Shown here piece by piece: positions 26,367 through 35,790 of a stretch of DNA of 64,000 nucleotides; positions within the stretch are counted from its first letter, which is position 1; the number at the start of each line of letters is the position of its first letter. The position numbers and the translations under genes were made by a program. The stretch spans positions 541,164-605,163 of the forward strand of contig CAVSVU010000017.1 of NCBI GenBank assembly GCA_963731515.1, read 5' to 3'. The notes under the pieces were generated by a model. It did no database searches and was not told where the DNA came from. It saw only the letters and a list, made by a program, of their open reading frames with translations. This DNA is from an uncultured Actinomycetes bacterium. GTDB lineage: Bacteria > Actinomycetota > Thermoleophilia > Gaiellales > JAICJC01.

Positions 26367-26723
26367 TCAGATCCAGGCCGCTTCGCGCGTGCTCTCGGGC
26401 GCTCGCAGCCAGTAGCTCTCGCGCAGCCACTCCCTGGCCGCGTCGAGACAGTCGGAATCCTCGATCCGGGCCGTGACCCACCCGTAGCGGCCCACGTACT
26501 TCGCCTCCGAGACGAACGGCAGCGTCAGCGCGATCTCGCGCTCCTCCCGGGTCAGCTTGAGCGTCACGACAACGGGTGGCCCGTCGCGCAGGATCGCGAA
26601 CATGCGGCTGCCGCCGCCGACCTTGAAGACGTGCGACTCCGGGCCGAACGGGTGGTCCTCGCGGGCGCCCGGGAACGAGAGCGCGAGATCGCGGATCGCG
26701 GTGGCGTCAGCGCTGGCCTTCAT
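26367..26723 (-). CDS. MmcQ/YjbR family DNA-binding protein
   Basis: 118 aa. REDHPFGPESHVFKVGG..MFAIL...YVGRYGWVTARIED is a family-typical pattern. Confidence 0.7.
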   Translation of the reverse strand: MKASADATAIRDLALSFPGAREDHPFGPESHVFKVGGGSRMFAILRDGPPVVVTLKLTREEREIALTLPFVSEAKYVGRYGWVTARIEDSDCLDAAREWLRESYWLRAPESTREAAWI

Positions 26724-26730
26724 CGGCTGG

Positions 26731-27255
26731 TCAGGTCGCGGGCGGGGACGACGCAGGGGGCGTGCCGGCCGACTCGCGCATCGCCTCGAGGTGGAAGCGA
26801 TCGGCGAGGCGCACGAGCGCGCTCGGATCGTCGATGCCGCGGAAGGTGAAGTCGGACTCGGGTGCTTCCGTGCCGGCCGTGTCCCAGTCGACGTCGCCGA
26901 TGCCGAGGATGCGCTGCGGCAGCGTCTGGGTGAGGTTGACGTTCTGGACGCGGTCGATGTGCGTCGTGCGCTCCCGGCGGGTCGCGATCCCGGAGCGGAT
27001 CTGGATGCGCCGGTCGGTGACCAGGTAGCGGGTGGTGACGCGCCTCACCCAGCCGACGACGTAGGTGAGCACGAGCAGCACGAACGTCGCAGTGCCGAAC
27101 CAGGTGGCGGCGAAGCTCTGCCCGGTCTGGTCGATCAGGACCCAGATCGCGGCCGGGATCAGCGAGATGAGCGTCCACTTCACGTAGAAGAGCAGCATGG
27201 CCTTCCAGCTCGGGTGGCCCTGCCACACCGTCGTCTCGCCGTCGTACCCGCTCAC
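26731..27255 (-). CDS. bacterial PH domain (bPH_2/YdbS-like) membrane protein
   Basis: GTG 27255. Two TM helices, then TRYLVTDRRIQIRSGIATRRERTTHIDRVQNVNLTQTLPQRILGIGDV, the bPH_2 signature. Confidence 0.75.
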   Translation of the reverse strand: MSGYDGETTVWQGHPSWKAMLLFYVKWTLISLIPAAIWVLIDQTGQSFAATWFGTATFVLLVLTYVVGWVRRVTTRYLVTDRRIQIRSGIATRRERTTHIDRVQNVNLTQTLPQRILGIGDVDWDTAGTEAPESDFTFRGIDDPSALVRLADRFHLEAMRESAGTPPASSPPAT

Positions 27256-27275
27256 GCGCGAGAGTCTAACGGCGG

Positions 27276-29489
27276 TCAACCGCCCGGTGTCACGCGGTAC
27301 GCGTCGAAGACCGCGTCGATGTTGCGCAGCGCCGAGAGCAGGCTGCGCAGCTCCTTCACGTCGCCCACCTCGACGGTGTACCAGTTGCGGGCCATCTGGT
27401 CGGCGACGTGGCCGCCGTACTCGACGATGTTGGCCCCGTGCTCGGCGAACGTGCGGGCGACGTCCTCGAGCAGCCGCGGGCGGTCCCACGACTGGAGGGC
27501 GATCGTGACCCGGAACGAGCTCGTCGCCGCGCCGTCGGAGTCGTCCCAGTGCACCGGCGTAAAGCGCTCCGGCGTCCGCCGCAGGGCACGCACGTTGGGG
27601 CAGTCGTCGCGGTGGATGGTGATGCCGCGGCCGAGCGAGATGTAGCCGCAGATCTCGTCGCCGGGAACCGGCGTGCAGCACTTGGCCATGCGCACGAGCA
27701 CGTCCGGGTCGGCGTCGTCGACGACGATGCCGTACTCGGAGCTTGCGACCGGGCGCTTCTGCGGCCGCCGCGCCGGCATGAACTGCTGGTCGGGCGAGAC
27801 GACCTCGACGGTCTTCAGCCGCCCGATCAGCTTCGTCACCACCTGGCCGACCTGCACCTTCCCGGCGCCGATCGCGACGTAGAAGTCGTCGGCCTTCTTG
27901 AAGCCCATCTCGCGGATGATCCCGGGCAGGAGCGGCGACGACGACACCTTCTGCTGCGGCAGCCCGTGCGACTTGAGCGCCTGCTGGAGCGACTCGCGCC
28001 CGCGGTGCTCGAGGTCCTCGCGGGCCTGCTGGGTGAAGAACTGGCGGATCTTGTTGCGGGCGCGGGAGGACTTGACGAGGTTCAGCCAGTCGCGCGACGG
28101 CCCCCGCTCCTGCTTGGACGTCAGCACCTCGACGAACTCGCCCGACTGGAGCGTGTAGTGCAGCGGGACGATGCGGCCGTTCACCTTCGCCCCGACGCAG
28201 CGGTGGCCGACGTCGGTGTGGACGGCGTAGGCGAAGTCGAGCGGGGTCGACCCGACCGGGAGGCTCTTCACCTCGCCCTTGGGGGTGAACACGTACACCT
28301 CGTCGGAGAACAGGTCGACGCGGAGCGTGTCCATGAACTCCTTGGGATCGCGCGCGTCGCCCTGCCAGTCGGCCAGCTGGGCGACCCAGGCGTTGGCGGC
28401 GTCCTTGCCTGCGGCGGACGGCTGCTTGTAGAGCCAGTGGGCGGCGATGCCGTACTCGGCGGTCTGGTGCATCTCGTGCGTCCGCACCTGGATCTCGAGC
28501 GGCTTTCCCTGCGTCCCGATCACCGTCGTGTGCAGCGACTGGTACATGTTGAACTTGGGCATCGCCACGTAGTCCTTGAACCGCCCCGGCATCGGCTTCC
28601 ACAGCGAGTGGATGACGCCGATCGCGCCGTAGCAGTCCTTGACCGAGTCGACCAGGACGCGGATCGCCGTCAGGTCGTAGATCTCGTTGAACTCCTTGCC
28701 GCCCTGGGCCATCTTGGCGTAGATCGAGTACAGGTGCTTGGCCCGGCCGGCGATGTCGGCCGTGATGCCGGCCTCCTCGAGCTCGTGCAGCAGGATGGTG
28801 CCCGCCTCGCCGGCGAACTTCTCCCGGTCGGCGCGGGTCTGGTTCACCATCGAGCCGATCTCGGCGTAGCGGCGGGGGTGCAGGCAGGCGAACGCCAGGT
28901 CCTCCAGCTCCCACTTGATGGAGTGGATGCCCAGGCGGTGCGCGAGCGGCGCGTAGATCTCGAGCGTCTCGCGCGCGGTCTGCACCTGCTTCTGCTTGCC
29001 GAGCGCCGAGATGGTGCGCATGTTGTGCAGGCGGTCCGCAAGCTTGATCAGGACCACCCGCAGGTCGTGGGCCATCGCCACGATCATCTTGCGGTAGTTC
29101 TCGACCTGGGCCTGCTCGCGGCTGGCGAAGCTGATCCGGGTCAGCTTGGTGACGCCGTCGACCAGCAGGGCGACGTCGTCGCCGAAGCGCGTGCGCACGT
29201 CGTCGAGCTCGGCCTCGGTGTCCTCGACCGTGTCGTGCAGGAGCGCGGCGGTGATCGTGGCCGAGTCGAGCTTGAGCTCGGCGCAGATCTCGGCGACGGC
29301 GCACGGGTGGACGATGAAGGGCTCGCCGCTCTTGCGCACCTGGCCGGCGTGGTGGTCGCAGGCATAGTCGAACGCGGCGCGGATTGCGTCCGCGTCGAGG
29401 TTCGGGTTGTACGCCGCGATCCGGCCGAGCAGCTCCTGCAGAAGAGGATCGTGCCGTTCGGCCTCGGCGCTTCTCGGCACCGTAGCCAT
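27276..29489 (-). CDS. relA: bifunctional (p)ppGpp synthetase/hydrolase RelA/SpoT (RSH)
   Basis: 737 aa from ATG 29489. HD domain (HDTVEDT), synthetase block (DYVAMPKFNMYQSLHTTV) and TGS and ACT regions are all present. Confidence 0.95.
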   Translation of the reverse strand: MATVPRSAEAERHDPLLQELLGRIAAYNPNLDADAIRAAFDYACDHHAGQVRKSGEPFIVHPCAVAEICAELKLDSATITAALLHDTVEDTEAELDDVRTRFGDDVALLVDGVTKLTRISFASREQAQVENYRKMIVAMAHDLRVVLIKLADRLHNMRTISALGKQKQVQTARETLEIYAPLAHRLGIHSIKWELEDLAFACLHPRRYAEIGSMVNQTRADREKFAGEAGTILLHELEEAGITADIAGRAKHLYSIYAKMAQGGKEFNEIYDLTAIRVLVDSVKDCYGAIGVIHSLWKPMPGRFKDYVAMPKFNMYQSLHTTVIGTQGKPLEIQVRTHEMHQTAEYGIAAHWLYKQPSAAGKDAANAWVAQLADWQGDARDPKEFMDTLRVDLFSDEVYVFTPKGEVKSLPVGSTPLDFAYAVHTDVGHRCVGAKVNGRIVPLHYTLQSGEFVEVLTSKQERGPSRDWLNLVKSSRARNKIRQFFTQQAREDLEHRGRESLQQALKSHGLPQQKVSSSPLLPGIIREMGFKKADDFYVAIGAGKVQVGQVVTKLIGRLKTVEVVSPDQQFMPARRPQKRPVASSEYGIVVDDADPDVLVRMAKCCTPVPGDEICGYISLGRGITIHRDDCPNVRALRRTPERFTPVHWDDSDGAATSSFRVTIALQSWDRPRLLEDVARTFAEHGANIVEYGGHVADQMARNWYTVEVGDVKELRSLLSALRNIDAVFDAYRVTPGG

Positions 29490-29524
29490 ATCCGTATGGT
29501 AGTTGACGGCTTCCGGGCCTCCCC

Positions 29525-31871
29525 TCACCCCGACTGCGACTGCAGGAACGCGAGCGAGTCCTCCACCCGCTCGACGGCCGCGCGGTAGGTGGGCGACGCG
29601 TTCAGGTCGATGCGCGCGGCGCCGCCGTTCGCGGCGGGATCGAGGCCGACCTCGGACAGGACGGTGCGGCAGCGCGCAACGGTGTCGGCGGCGAGCGGGA
29701 TGCGCTCCTCGCCCGCCCGCAGCGCCTGCCACACGACGACGAGCGCGGGCCGCAGCGGCTCGCGCGCCTCGAGCACGCGCCGGGCGAACTCGACCTCGGC
29801 AGCGCCCCAGACGAGGTGCACGGGCATGCGCGACCCCAGCTCGGCGAGCAGCTCGCCGCCGGCCCGGTCGCAGGGCGGGTCGAGCGCGACGGCGGCTCCG
29901 AAGCGCCGCTCGGGCTCGTCGACCAGCGCCGCCTCGGCGTAGTCGGCGAGCACGATCGAGCCGGTGCCCAGCCGGGCCGGCTCGAGCGGCCCGCCCAGCA
30001 TCCGCCGGCGGCGCTCCGTGTCGGCCACCAGGAGCAGCACCCGCTCGCCGGCCGCGACCAGCCGGGCGACGGTTGCGATCTGGACACCGCGGCCGCGCAG
30101 ATCGTCGACCGACGCCCGGCCCGGCTCGAGGTCGGACGCGACGGCGGCGGCACGAGCCGGCTCGGGCGGCCCGCCGTCCGGCGCGGCGCCCACCGCCCGG
30201 ACGAGCATCTGCACCGACGCGGCGCCGTTCCACTCGTTGCGGGACAGGCGGTAGGCGACGTCCTGGCGGCCGCCGGCGCGCAGGCCGTCGGCGGCAGGCG
30301 CCGTGCCCGAACCAGACCGCCCGGCAGCGGAACCCGCCCAGCTCGACCGCCATGCGCAGATGGCGGCCGTCGCCCATCCGCTCGACACCGTGCACCGAGG
30401 CGGCGGGCGCGAGCAGGGTGACGCCGGGGTTGCCGAGCCCGAACGGCTCGAGCCGGGCGAGCTCGTCGGCCAGCTCGAGCGAGGCATCGGCCGGGGCGAG
30501 CACGGCGTCGATGCGCTGGCGCGGCTGCAGGTCGGCGTCGGCGAGCTTGCTCGCGGCGTGCTCGGCGAGCGCGTCGGCGAAGGCCTCGACGTCGGCCGGA
30601 GCGAGCGTCACTCCCGCGGCGACGCGGTGGCCGCCGTAGCGGCGCAGATGCTCGCGGCAGGCGGTGAGGCCGGCGTGGAGATCGTAGGCGGGGATGCTGC
30701 GCCCCGACCCCTTCGCCTCCTCCCCGCGCTCGGCGATCAGGACGACAGGGCGGCCGTAGCGCTCGACGAGCCGCGACGCGACGATCCCGACGACGCCCTC
30801 GTGCCAGTCCGGCGAGGACAGGACGTAGGCCTTGCGGGCCCGCCACTCCGCGCCGCGGCCCTCGAGCTGCTCGACGGCGTCGCGGACCATGGTGTCCTCG
30901 ACCATCTGCCGCTCGCGGTTCAGCCCTTCGAGCCGGGTCGCGAGCGCCCGGGCGCGCGACTCGTCGGTCGTCAGCAGCAGCTCGAGCGCCTCGCCCGGGT
31001 GGCACAGGCGCCCGGCCGCGTTGATGCGCGGTGCGAGCCGGAAGCCGACGTCCGAGGCGCCGATGCGGGCGCGGTCGACCCGGGCCGCCGCCATCAGCGC
31101 CCGCAGGCCCGGGCGCGTCGTCCGCGCCAGGCGGCGCAGCCCGGCCCGGACGAGGCCGCGGTTCTCGTCGACCAGCGGGACGACGTCGGCGATCGTCGCC
31201 AGCGCGACCAGGTCGAGGTGGGCCTCGAGCGCCGCCGGGTCGCGGCCGGCCCGGGCGAAGAGCGCCTGGGCGAGCTTGAAGACGACGCCGGTCCCCGAGA
31301 GCTCCGGGAACGGGTACTCCGACGGCCGCGTGCACACGAGCGGGCAGTCGGGGAGGACGTCGCCCGGGCGGTGATGGTCGGTCACGATCACGTCCATGCC
31401 GAGCTCCGCCGCCCGCGCCACCTGATCGGCCGCCGTGATCCCGCAGTCGACGGTGACGAGCAGGCGCACGCCGTCGGCCGCGAGCCGCTCGACCGTCTCC
31501 GCGGCCAGGCCGTAGCCCTCGTCGAAGCGGCTCGGCACGTGCCAGTCGACGTCGGCGCCCAGCTCGCGCAGGGCCGTCAGGGCGAGCGCGGTTGCGCAGA
31601 TCCCGTCGGCGTCGTAGTCGCCGTGCACGCACACCCGCTCGCCGGCGGCGATGGCCCGCCCGATCCGCTCGCACGCCGCGGCCATGTCGCCGAGGAGCAT
31701 CGGGTCGTGCAGCGGGCCGTCGAGCTCGAGGAACGCCCGCGCCGCGGCGGCGGTCGCGTGGCCGCGGCGGACGAGCACCTCGGCCGTCGTGCGGTGCACG
31801 CCGAGCTCCGCGGCGAGGTCGTCCGCCATCGCGGGTGGGCAGGGATCGATCAGCCAGCGCGGCGAGTCCAT
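29525..31871 (-). CDS. recJ: single-stranded-DNA-specific exonuclease RecJ, +1 frame break near 30307
   Basis: DHH motifs (VHGDYDADG, VTVDCG, VTDHH) and DHHA1 are in the N-part. The C-part ...DVAYRLSRNEWNGAASVQMLV... is in the adjacent frame. Span is 2347 nt (1 mod 3). Confidence 0.9.
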
Positions 31872-31932
31872 CCTCCCATGCTACGGAGGGGTGCGGACGT
31901 GATCCGGCCCGGCTGCATGCTTGAATCCGGCC

Positions 31933-32739
31933 ATGCCCGGCCTGCACGTCGACGTCATCGGGTCGGGCCCTCCCGCCGTGCTCGTGCACGGCAGCTTCAG
32001 CTTCGGCGCCCTCGCCTTCTCGGAGCAGCGCCCGCTCGCCGGGGAGTTCGAGCTGCACGTGGTCGACCGGCGCGGGTTCGGGCGCAGCCCGGACGGCTCC
32101 GGGCCGGTCGACTTCGAGACCGAGGCGCCCGAGATCGCCGCCCTGCTCGACCCGCCCGCCCACCTGCTCGGCCACTCCTACGGCGCGATCGTGTGCATGT
32201 TCGCGGCGGCGCTGCGGCCCGAGGCGGTGCGCTCGCTGACGCTGGTCGAGCCGCCCGCGTTCGGCCTGGCCCGTGGAGATGCCGCGGTCGACCGCATGGT
32301 CGAGCGGCTGCGAGCCCACAAGCGCGACGGCGCGGGCCTCGGCGAGGAGGACTACCTGCGCGGCTTCCTCGACGCGTGGGGCTTCGACGTCGGCCCCGGC
32401 CCGCGCCTGAACGACGTCGCCCGCCGCTCCGTGCGCCGGTCGGTGGGCGAGCGCTCGCCGCACGAGGCCGAGATCCCGTTCGCCGCGCTCGCGGCGGCCA
32501 CGTTCCCCGTCCTCGTCGCCCGCGGCGCCTGGGACGCCGTCCCCGACGCGGCGCGCGAGATCGGCGGCCACGCGTTCATCGCGGTGTGCGACGTCGTCGC
32601 CCGCCGCCTCGACGCCGAGGTGGCGGTGTTCCCGCGCGCCGCCCACCAGCCTCAGCTGCTCGGCGAGCCCTTCAACGACCGCGTGGCGCGGTTCTGGCGC
32701 TCCGCCGACCGGGGTTTCGGCACCGCCCGAAGCGTGTAG
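31933..32739 (+). CDS. alpha/beta hydrolase
   Basis: VLVHGSFSFG..., a GHSYG nucleophile elbow and a C-terminal AAHQPQL histidine region. ATG 31933; the ORF opens at TTG 31921. Confidence 0.75.
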   Translation: MPGLHVDVIGSGPPAVLVHGSFSFGALAFSEQRPLAGEFELHVVDRRGFGRSPDGSGPVDFETEAPEIAALLDPPAHLLGHSYGAIVCMFAAALRPEAVRSLTLVEPPAFGLARGDAAVDRMVERLRAHKRDGAGLGEEDYLRGFLDAWGFDVGPGPRLNDVARRSVRRSVGERSPHEAEIPFAALAAATFPVLVARGAWDAVPDAAREIGGHAFIAVCDVVARRLDAEVAVFPRAAHQPQLLGEPFNDRVARFWRSADRGFGTARSV

Positions 32740-32749
32740 GGAGGGACCG

Positions 32750-33502
32750 ATGAGGGTCGCGGTGATAGGCGGCTCCGGCCTGGTCGGCCGGGCGGTGCGA
32801 GAGGTGATCGAGCGAGACGGGCACGACGCGGTCGGCGTCTCCCGCTCGGACGGCGTCGACGTGCTCGCAGGCGACGGGCTGGACGCTGCCCTGGCCGGGT
32901 GCCACGCCGTCATCGACGTCCTGAACACCGCCGAGACCGATCCGGACGGCCCGCGCAGGTTCTTCACGACGACGACGCGGAACCTGCTCGCCGCGGAGCA
33001 GGCGGCCGGCGTCTCGCACCACGTCCTGCTCTCGATCGTCGGCGTCGACCGCATCCGCGGAAACCCGCACTACGTGGGCAAGCAGCACCAGGAGCGGCTG
33101 GCTCGTTCCGGGCCGGTGCCGGCGACCATCGTGCGGGCGACGCAGTTCCACGACTTCGCCGGGATGGTGGCGTCGTGGACGTGCGACGGCGACTCGGCGT
33201 TCGTGCCGCCGCTGCTCGTGCAGCCGATCGACGTCGGGGACGTCGCCGAGGCCCTGGTCGAGGTCGCATCCGGCCCGCCCCGCGGCCGCCCGCTCGAGGT
33301 CGCCGGCCCGGAGCGGCACGACCTGGTCGACATGGCCCGGCGGACGCTGGCGGCCCGCGGTGAGGGGATCCGGCTCACGACCGGCTGGGCGGCGCCGTTC
33401 GGTGTCGAGATGGCGGGCGAGGCCCTCCTCCCCGGCGCCGGCGCGCGCATCGCCCAGACGACGTTCGACGACTGGCTCGAACGGCAGAGCCTGGTCGCCT
33501 AG
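32750..33502 (+). CDS. NAD(P)-binding NmrA/SDR-like protein
   Basis: MRVAVIGGSGLVGRAV is a Rossmann GxxGxxG motif. 250 aa of atypical SDR type. Confidence 0.7.
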   Translation: MRVAVIGGSGLVGRAVREVIERDGHDAVGVSRSDGVDVLAGDGLDAALAGCHAVIDVLNTAETDPDGPRRFFTTTTRNLLAAEQAAGVSHHVLLSIVGVDRIRGNPHYVGKQHQERLARSGPVPATIVRATQFHDFAGMVASWTCDGDSAFVPPLLVQPIDVGDVAEALVEVASGPPRGRPLEVAGPERHDLVDMARRTLAARGEGIRLTTGWAAPFGVEMAGEALLPGAGARIAQTTFDDWLERQSLVA

Positions 33503-35160
33503 AGCCTGCCGCTACGGACGATCGAGAGCACCAGCACGAGCCCGAGCGCGCTCGCGGTCAGGAAGCCCGCCAGCGCGAGCACGTGGATCCCGAACACGTG
33601 CCAGCCCCCCTGGGCGGAGATCCCGATCAGCGACGAGCCGATGAGCAGCGCTGCCATGACGACGGCGATCACGAGCCGGTTCATGACGACGTCGGCCTGG
33701 CGGGTGAGCTCGTCCAGGCCCTGGTGGCGGAACTGCACCTCGACCTCGCCGTCGCGCAGCTGCTCCAGCGTGTCGTGCACCTGGTAGGGCAGCTCCATCA
33801 GGAGGCCGCCGTAGCTCTCGAGCTCCTCCTTCGACCGGTCGAGCAGCCGCCGCGGCGAGTAGCGGCGGGCGACCAGCTCGGCGGCGTAGGGCTCGGCCAC
33901 CTCGAAGACGTTGAAGTCCGGGTAGAGCTCGGTGCCGACGCTGCCCAGCGTGGCAAGCGCCTTGTCGAGCAGGGCGAAACGGGTCGGCAGGCGCAGGTGC
34001 ATGCGCGACACGAGCACGAACGCCTCCCGGATCACCTGGAGCGGGTCGATCTGCCCCATCGACGCCCCGTAGTAGCGGTAGTAGACCTCGCGCAGCTCGA
34101 TCCGCAGCTCCTCCTCCTGCTCCTTCGAGAAGCGCACGCCGAGGTCGTACAGGCGGCGCGGGAGGGCGTCGACGTTCTCGTTCACCGCGTCGAGCAGGAG
34201 CCGCGTGAGGCGGCGCATGTCCGCCTCGCTGAGCGACCCGGTCATGCCGAAGTCGACCAGCCCGAGGCGGCCGTCGCCGAGCACCATGATGTTGGCCGGG
34301 TGCGGGTCGCCGTGGAACACCCCGTGGCGGAAGATCATCTCGAGCCAGGCCTGGGCGATCAGGATCGCCAGCCGGCGGCGCTCGTCCATCGGCGTCGCCT
34401 CGAGGTCGAGGACGCGGAGCGGCACGCCCTCCAGCCGCTCGAGCGTCAGCACCCGCTCGCTGGAGTACGTGCCGTAGACGCGCGGGATGGCGACGCGGGG
34501 CTCGTCGGCGAAGTTGCGCCGGAAGATCTCGGCGTTGCGGGCCTCGATGCGGTAGTCGAGCTCGCGCCGGATCGAGCGGGCGAACTCGTCCACCACCGCG
34601 ACGGGGTCGATGAACGACAGCCGGTCGACGCGGCGGCGCACGATCCGGGCCACCTGGTAGAGCAGGCTCAGGTCGGACTCGACCTGCCGGACGGCGTTCG
34701 GGCGCTGCACCTTGACGGCGACGCGGCGGCCGTTCGCGAGCTCCGCGAAGTGCACCTGCCCGATCGACGCGGCGGCGACGGGCACCGGGTCGAAGTCGAC
34801 GTAGAGGCGCTCGACCGGCGAGCGCAGCTCGGCGGCGATCACCCGCTCGACGTCGGCGTACGGCACCGGCGAGACGGAGTCCTGCAGCAGGCGCAGCTCC
34901 GACAGGATCTCGGGCGGGACGATGTCGGGACGGGTCGAGAGCAGCTGGCCGAACTTGACGAACGTCGGCCCGAGCTCGTCCAGCATCTCGCGCAGGTGGC
35001 GGCCGAGCGCCGGCAGGTTCTGGGTCTCGATGACGGCGGAGCGGCGCAGCGTCCGCCGCTCGAACACGAAACCGAACCCGTGCTTCGTCGCGACCTGGGC
35101 GATCTCTCGCAGGCGACCCACCGTCCGCCGCCTGTCCGCGAGGGTGGCCATCGCGCGCAT
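33499..35160 (-). CDS. ABC1/UbiB family atypical kinase
   Basis: FVKFGQLLSTRPDIVPPE...ASIGQVH...VKVQRP...FHGDPHPANIMV...GLVDFGM are ABC1 kinase motifs, with C-terminal TM helices. Confidence 0.85.
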   Translation of the reverse strand: MRAMATLADRRRTVGRLREIAQVATKHGFGFVFERRTLRRSAVIETQNLPALGRHLREMLDELGPTFVKFGQLLSTRPDIVPPEILSELRLLQDSVSPVPYADVERVIAAELRSPVERLYVDFDPVPVAAASIGQVHFAELANGRRVAVKVQRPNAVRQVESDLSLLYQVARIVRRRVDRLSFIDPVAVVDEFARSIRRELDYRIEARNAEIFRRNFADEPRVAIPRVYGTYSSERVLTLERLEGVPLRVLDLEATPMDERRRLAILIAQAWLEMIFRHGVFHGDPHPANIMVLGDGRLGLVDFGMTGSLSEADMRRLTRLLLDAVNENVDALPRRLYDLGVRFSKEQEEELRIELREVYYRYYGASMGQIDPLQVIREAFVLVSRMHLRLPTRFALLDKALATLGSVGTELYPDFNVFEVAEPYAAELVARRYSPRRLLDRSKEELESYGGLLMELPYQVHDTLEQLRDGEVEVQFRHQGLDELTRQADVVMNRLVIAVVMAALLIGSSLIGISAQGGWHVFGIHVLALAGFLTASALGLVLVLSIVRSGRL

Positions 35161-35164
35161 GTTA

Positions 35165-35197
35165 GGGGACTGTCCCCGCACCGCGGGGACAGTCCCC
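35165..35197. repeat. double palindrome GGGGACTGTCCCC-GCACCGC-GGGGACAGTCCCC
   Basis: Two 13-nt near-palindromes form a perfect 13-bp inverted repeat with a 7-nt spacer, between the NUDIX stop and the ABC1 kinase start. Related copies are at 48751-48784 and 62254-62266. Confidence 0.85.
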
Positions 35198-35208
35198 GGT
35201 TTCCGTCC

Positions 35209-35790
35209 CTACTCCGGGGCGAGGGCGCGCAGCACGCGCTCGCCGTGGTCGACGTGCCACTCGATGGCCGGGTCGCGGGGATCGCGCCAGGCCAGCTCGA
35301 GCGACTCGTGGCTTCGGCGCAGCTCGCCGCCGAGGACACGGCAGACGTAGACCAGCCCCACCTGGCCGTGCGGCGCCGCCGGGAGCGACGCCGGCCGGAA
35401 CTCGACCGTGCCCAGCCGCACCACCTCGACGTCGAGGCCCGTCTCCTCGGCCACCTCGCGGACGACGCCCTGCGCCGGCGACTCGTTCGATCCCAGCCAG
35501 CCGCCGGGGAGGCCCCAGCGGCCGTCGTCGGCGCGGCGGTCGAGCAGCACCCGGCCCTCGCCGTCGGGGATCACCGCCGTCGCCCCCACCTTCGGCGTCG
35601 GCGTGCCCAGGTCGCGGGCGAAGCGCGCTCCCACCTCGGCGGCGGGCAGCCCGGCCAGGTCGGCGTAGAACTCGTCGACGATCTGGCACATCCGCCGGTA
35701 GCGGGCCTGGTCGTACTCCGACTCGGCGTAGGCGCGGCCCTCGTAGGCGAGGGTGCGCAGCTCGTCCAGCAGCGCCGCCGCGTCGATCAG
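35209..35790 (-). CDS. NUDIX hydrolase with N-terminal helical extension; only available start is CTG 35790 in a CTGA overlap
   Basis: Nudix box GGWLGSNESPAQGVVREVAEETGL. The N-terminal LIDAAALLDELRTLAYEGRAYAESEYDQARY has no ATG/GTG/TTG upstream in frame. Confidence 0.7.
   Translation of the reverse strand: MIDAAALLDELRTLAYEGRAYAESEYDQARYRRMCQIVDEFYADLAGLPAAEVGARFARDLGTPTPKVGATAVIPDGEGRVLLDRRADDGRWGLPGGWLGSNESPAQGVVREVAEETGLDVEVVRLGTVEFRPASLPAAPHGQVGLVYVCRVLGGELRRSHESLELAWRDPRDPAIEWHVDHGERVLRALAPE

Noticed and set aside
27276-33054. Giant ORFs 27276..31871 (1531 aa), 29602..33054 (1150 aa) and 30303..32753 (816 aa)
   Set aside because: The first is relA plus the N-terminal part of recJ read through the 35-nt spacer without a stop, so I split it. 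The other two are out-of-frame or antisense low-complexity ORFs.
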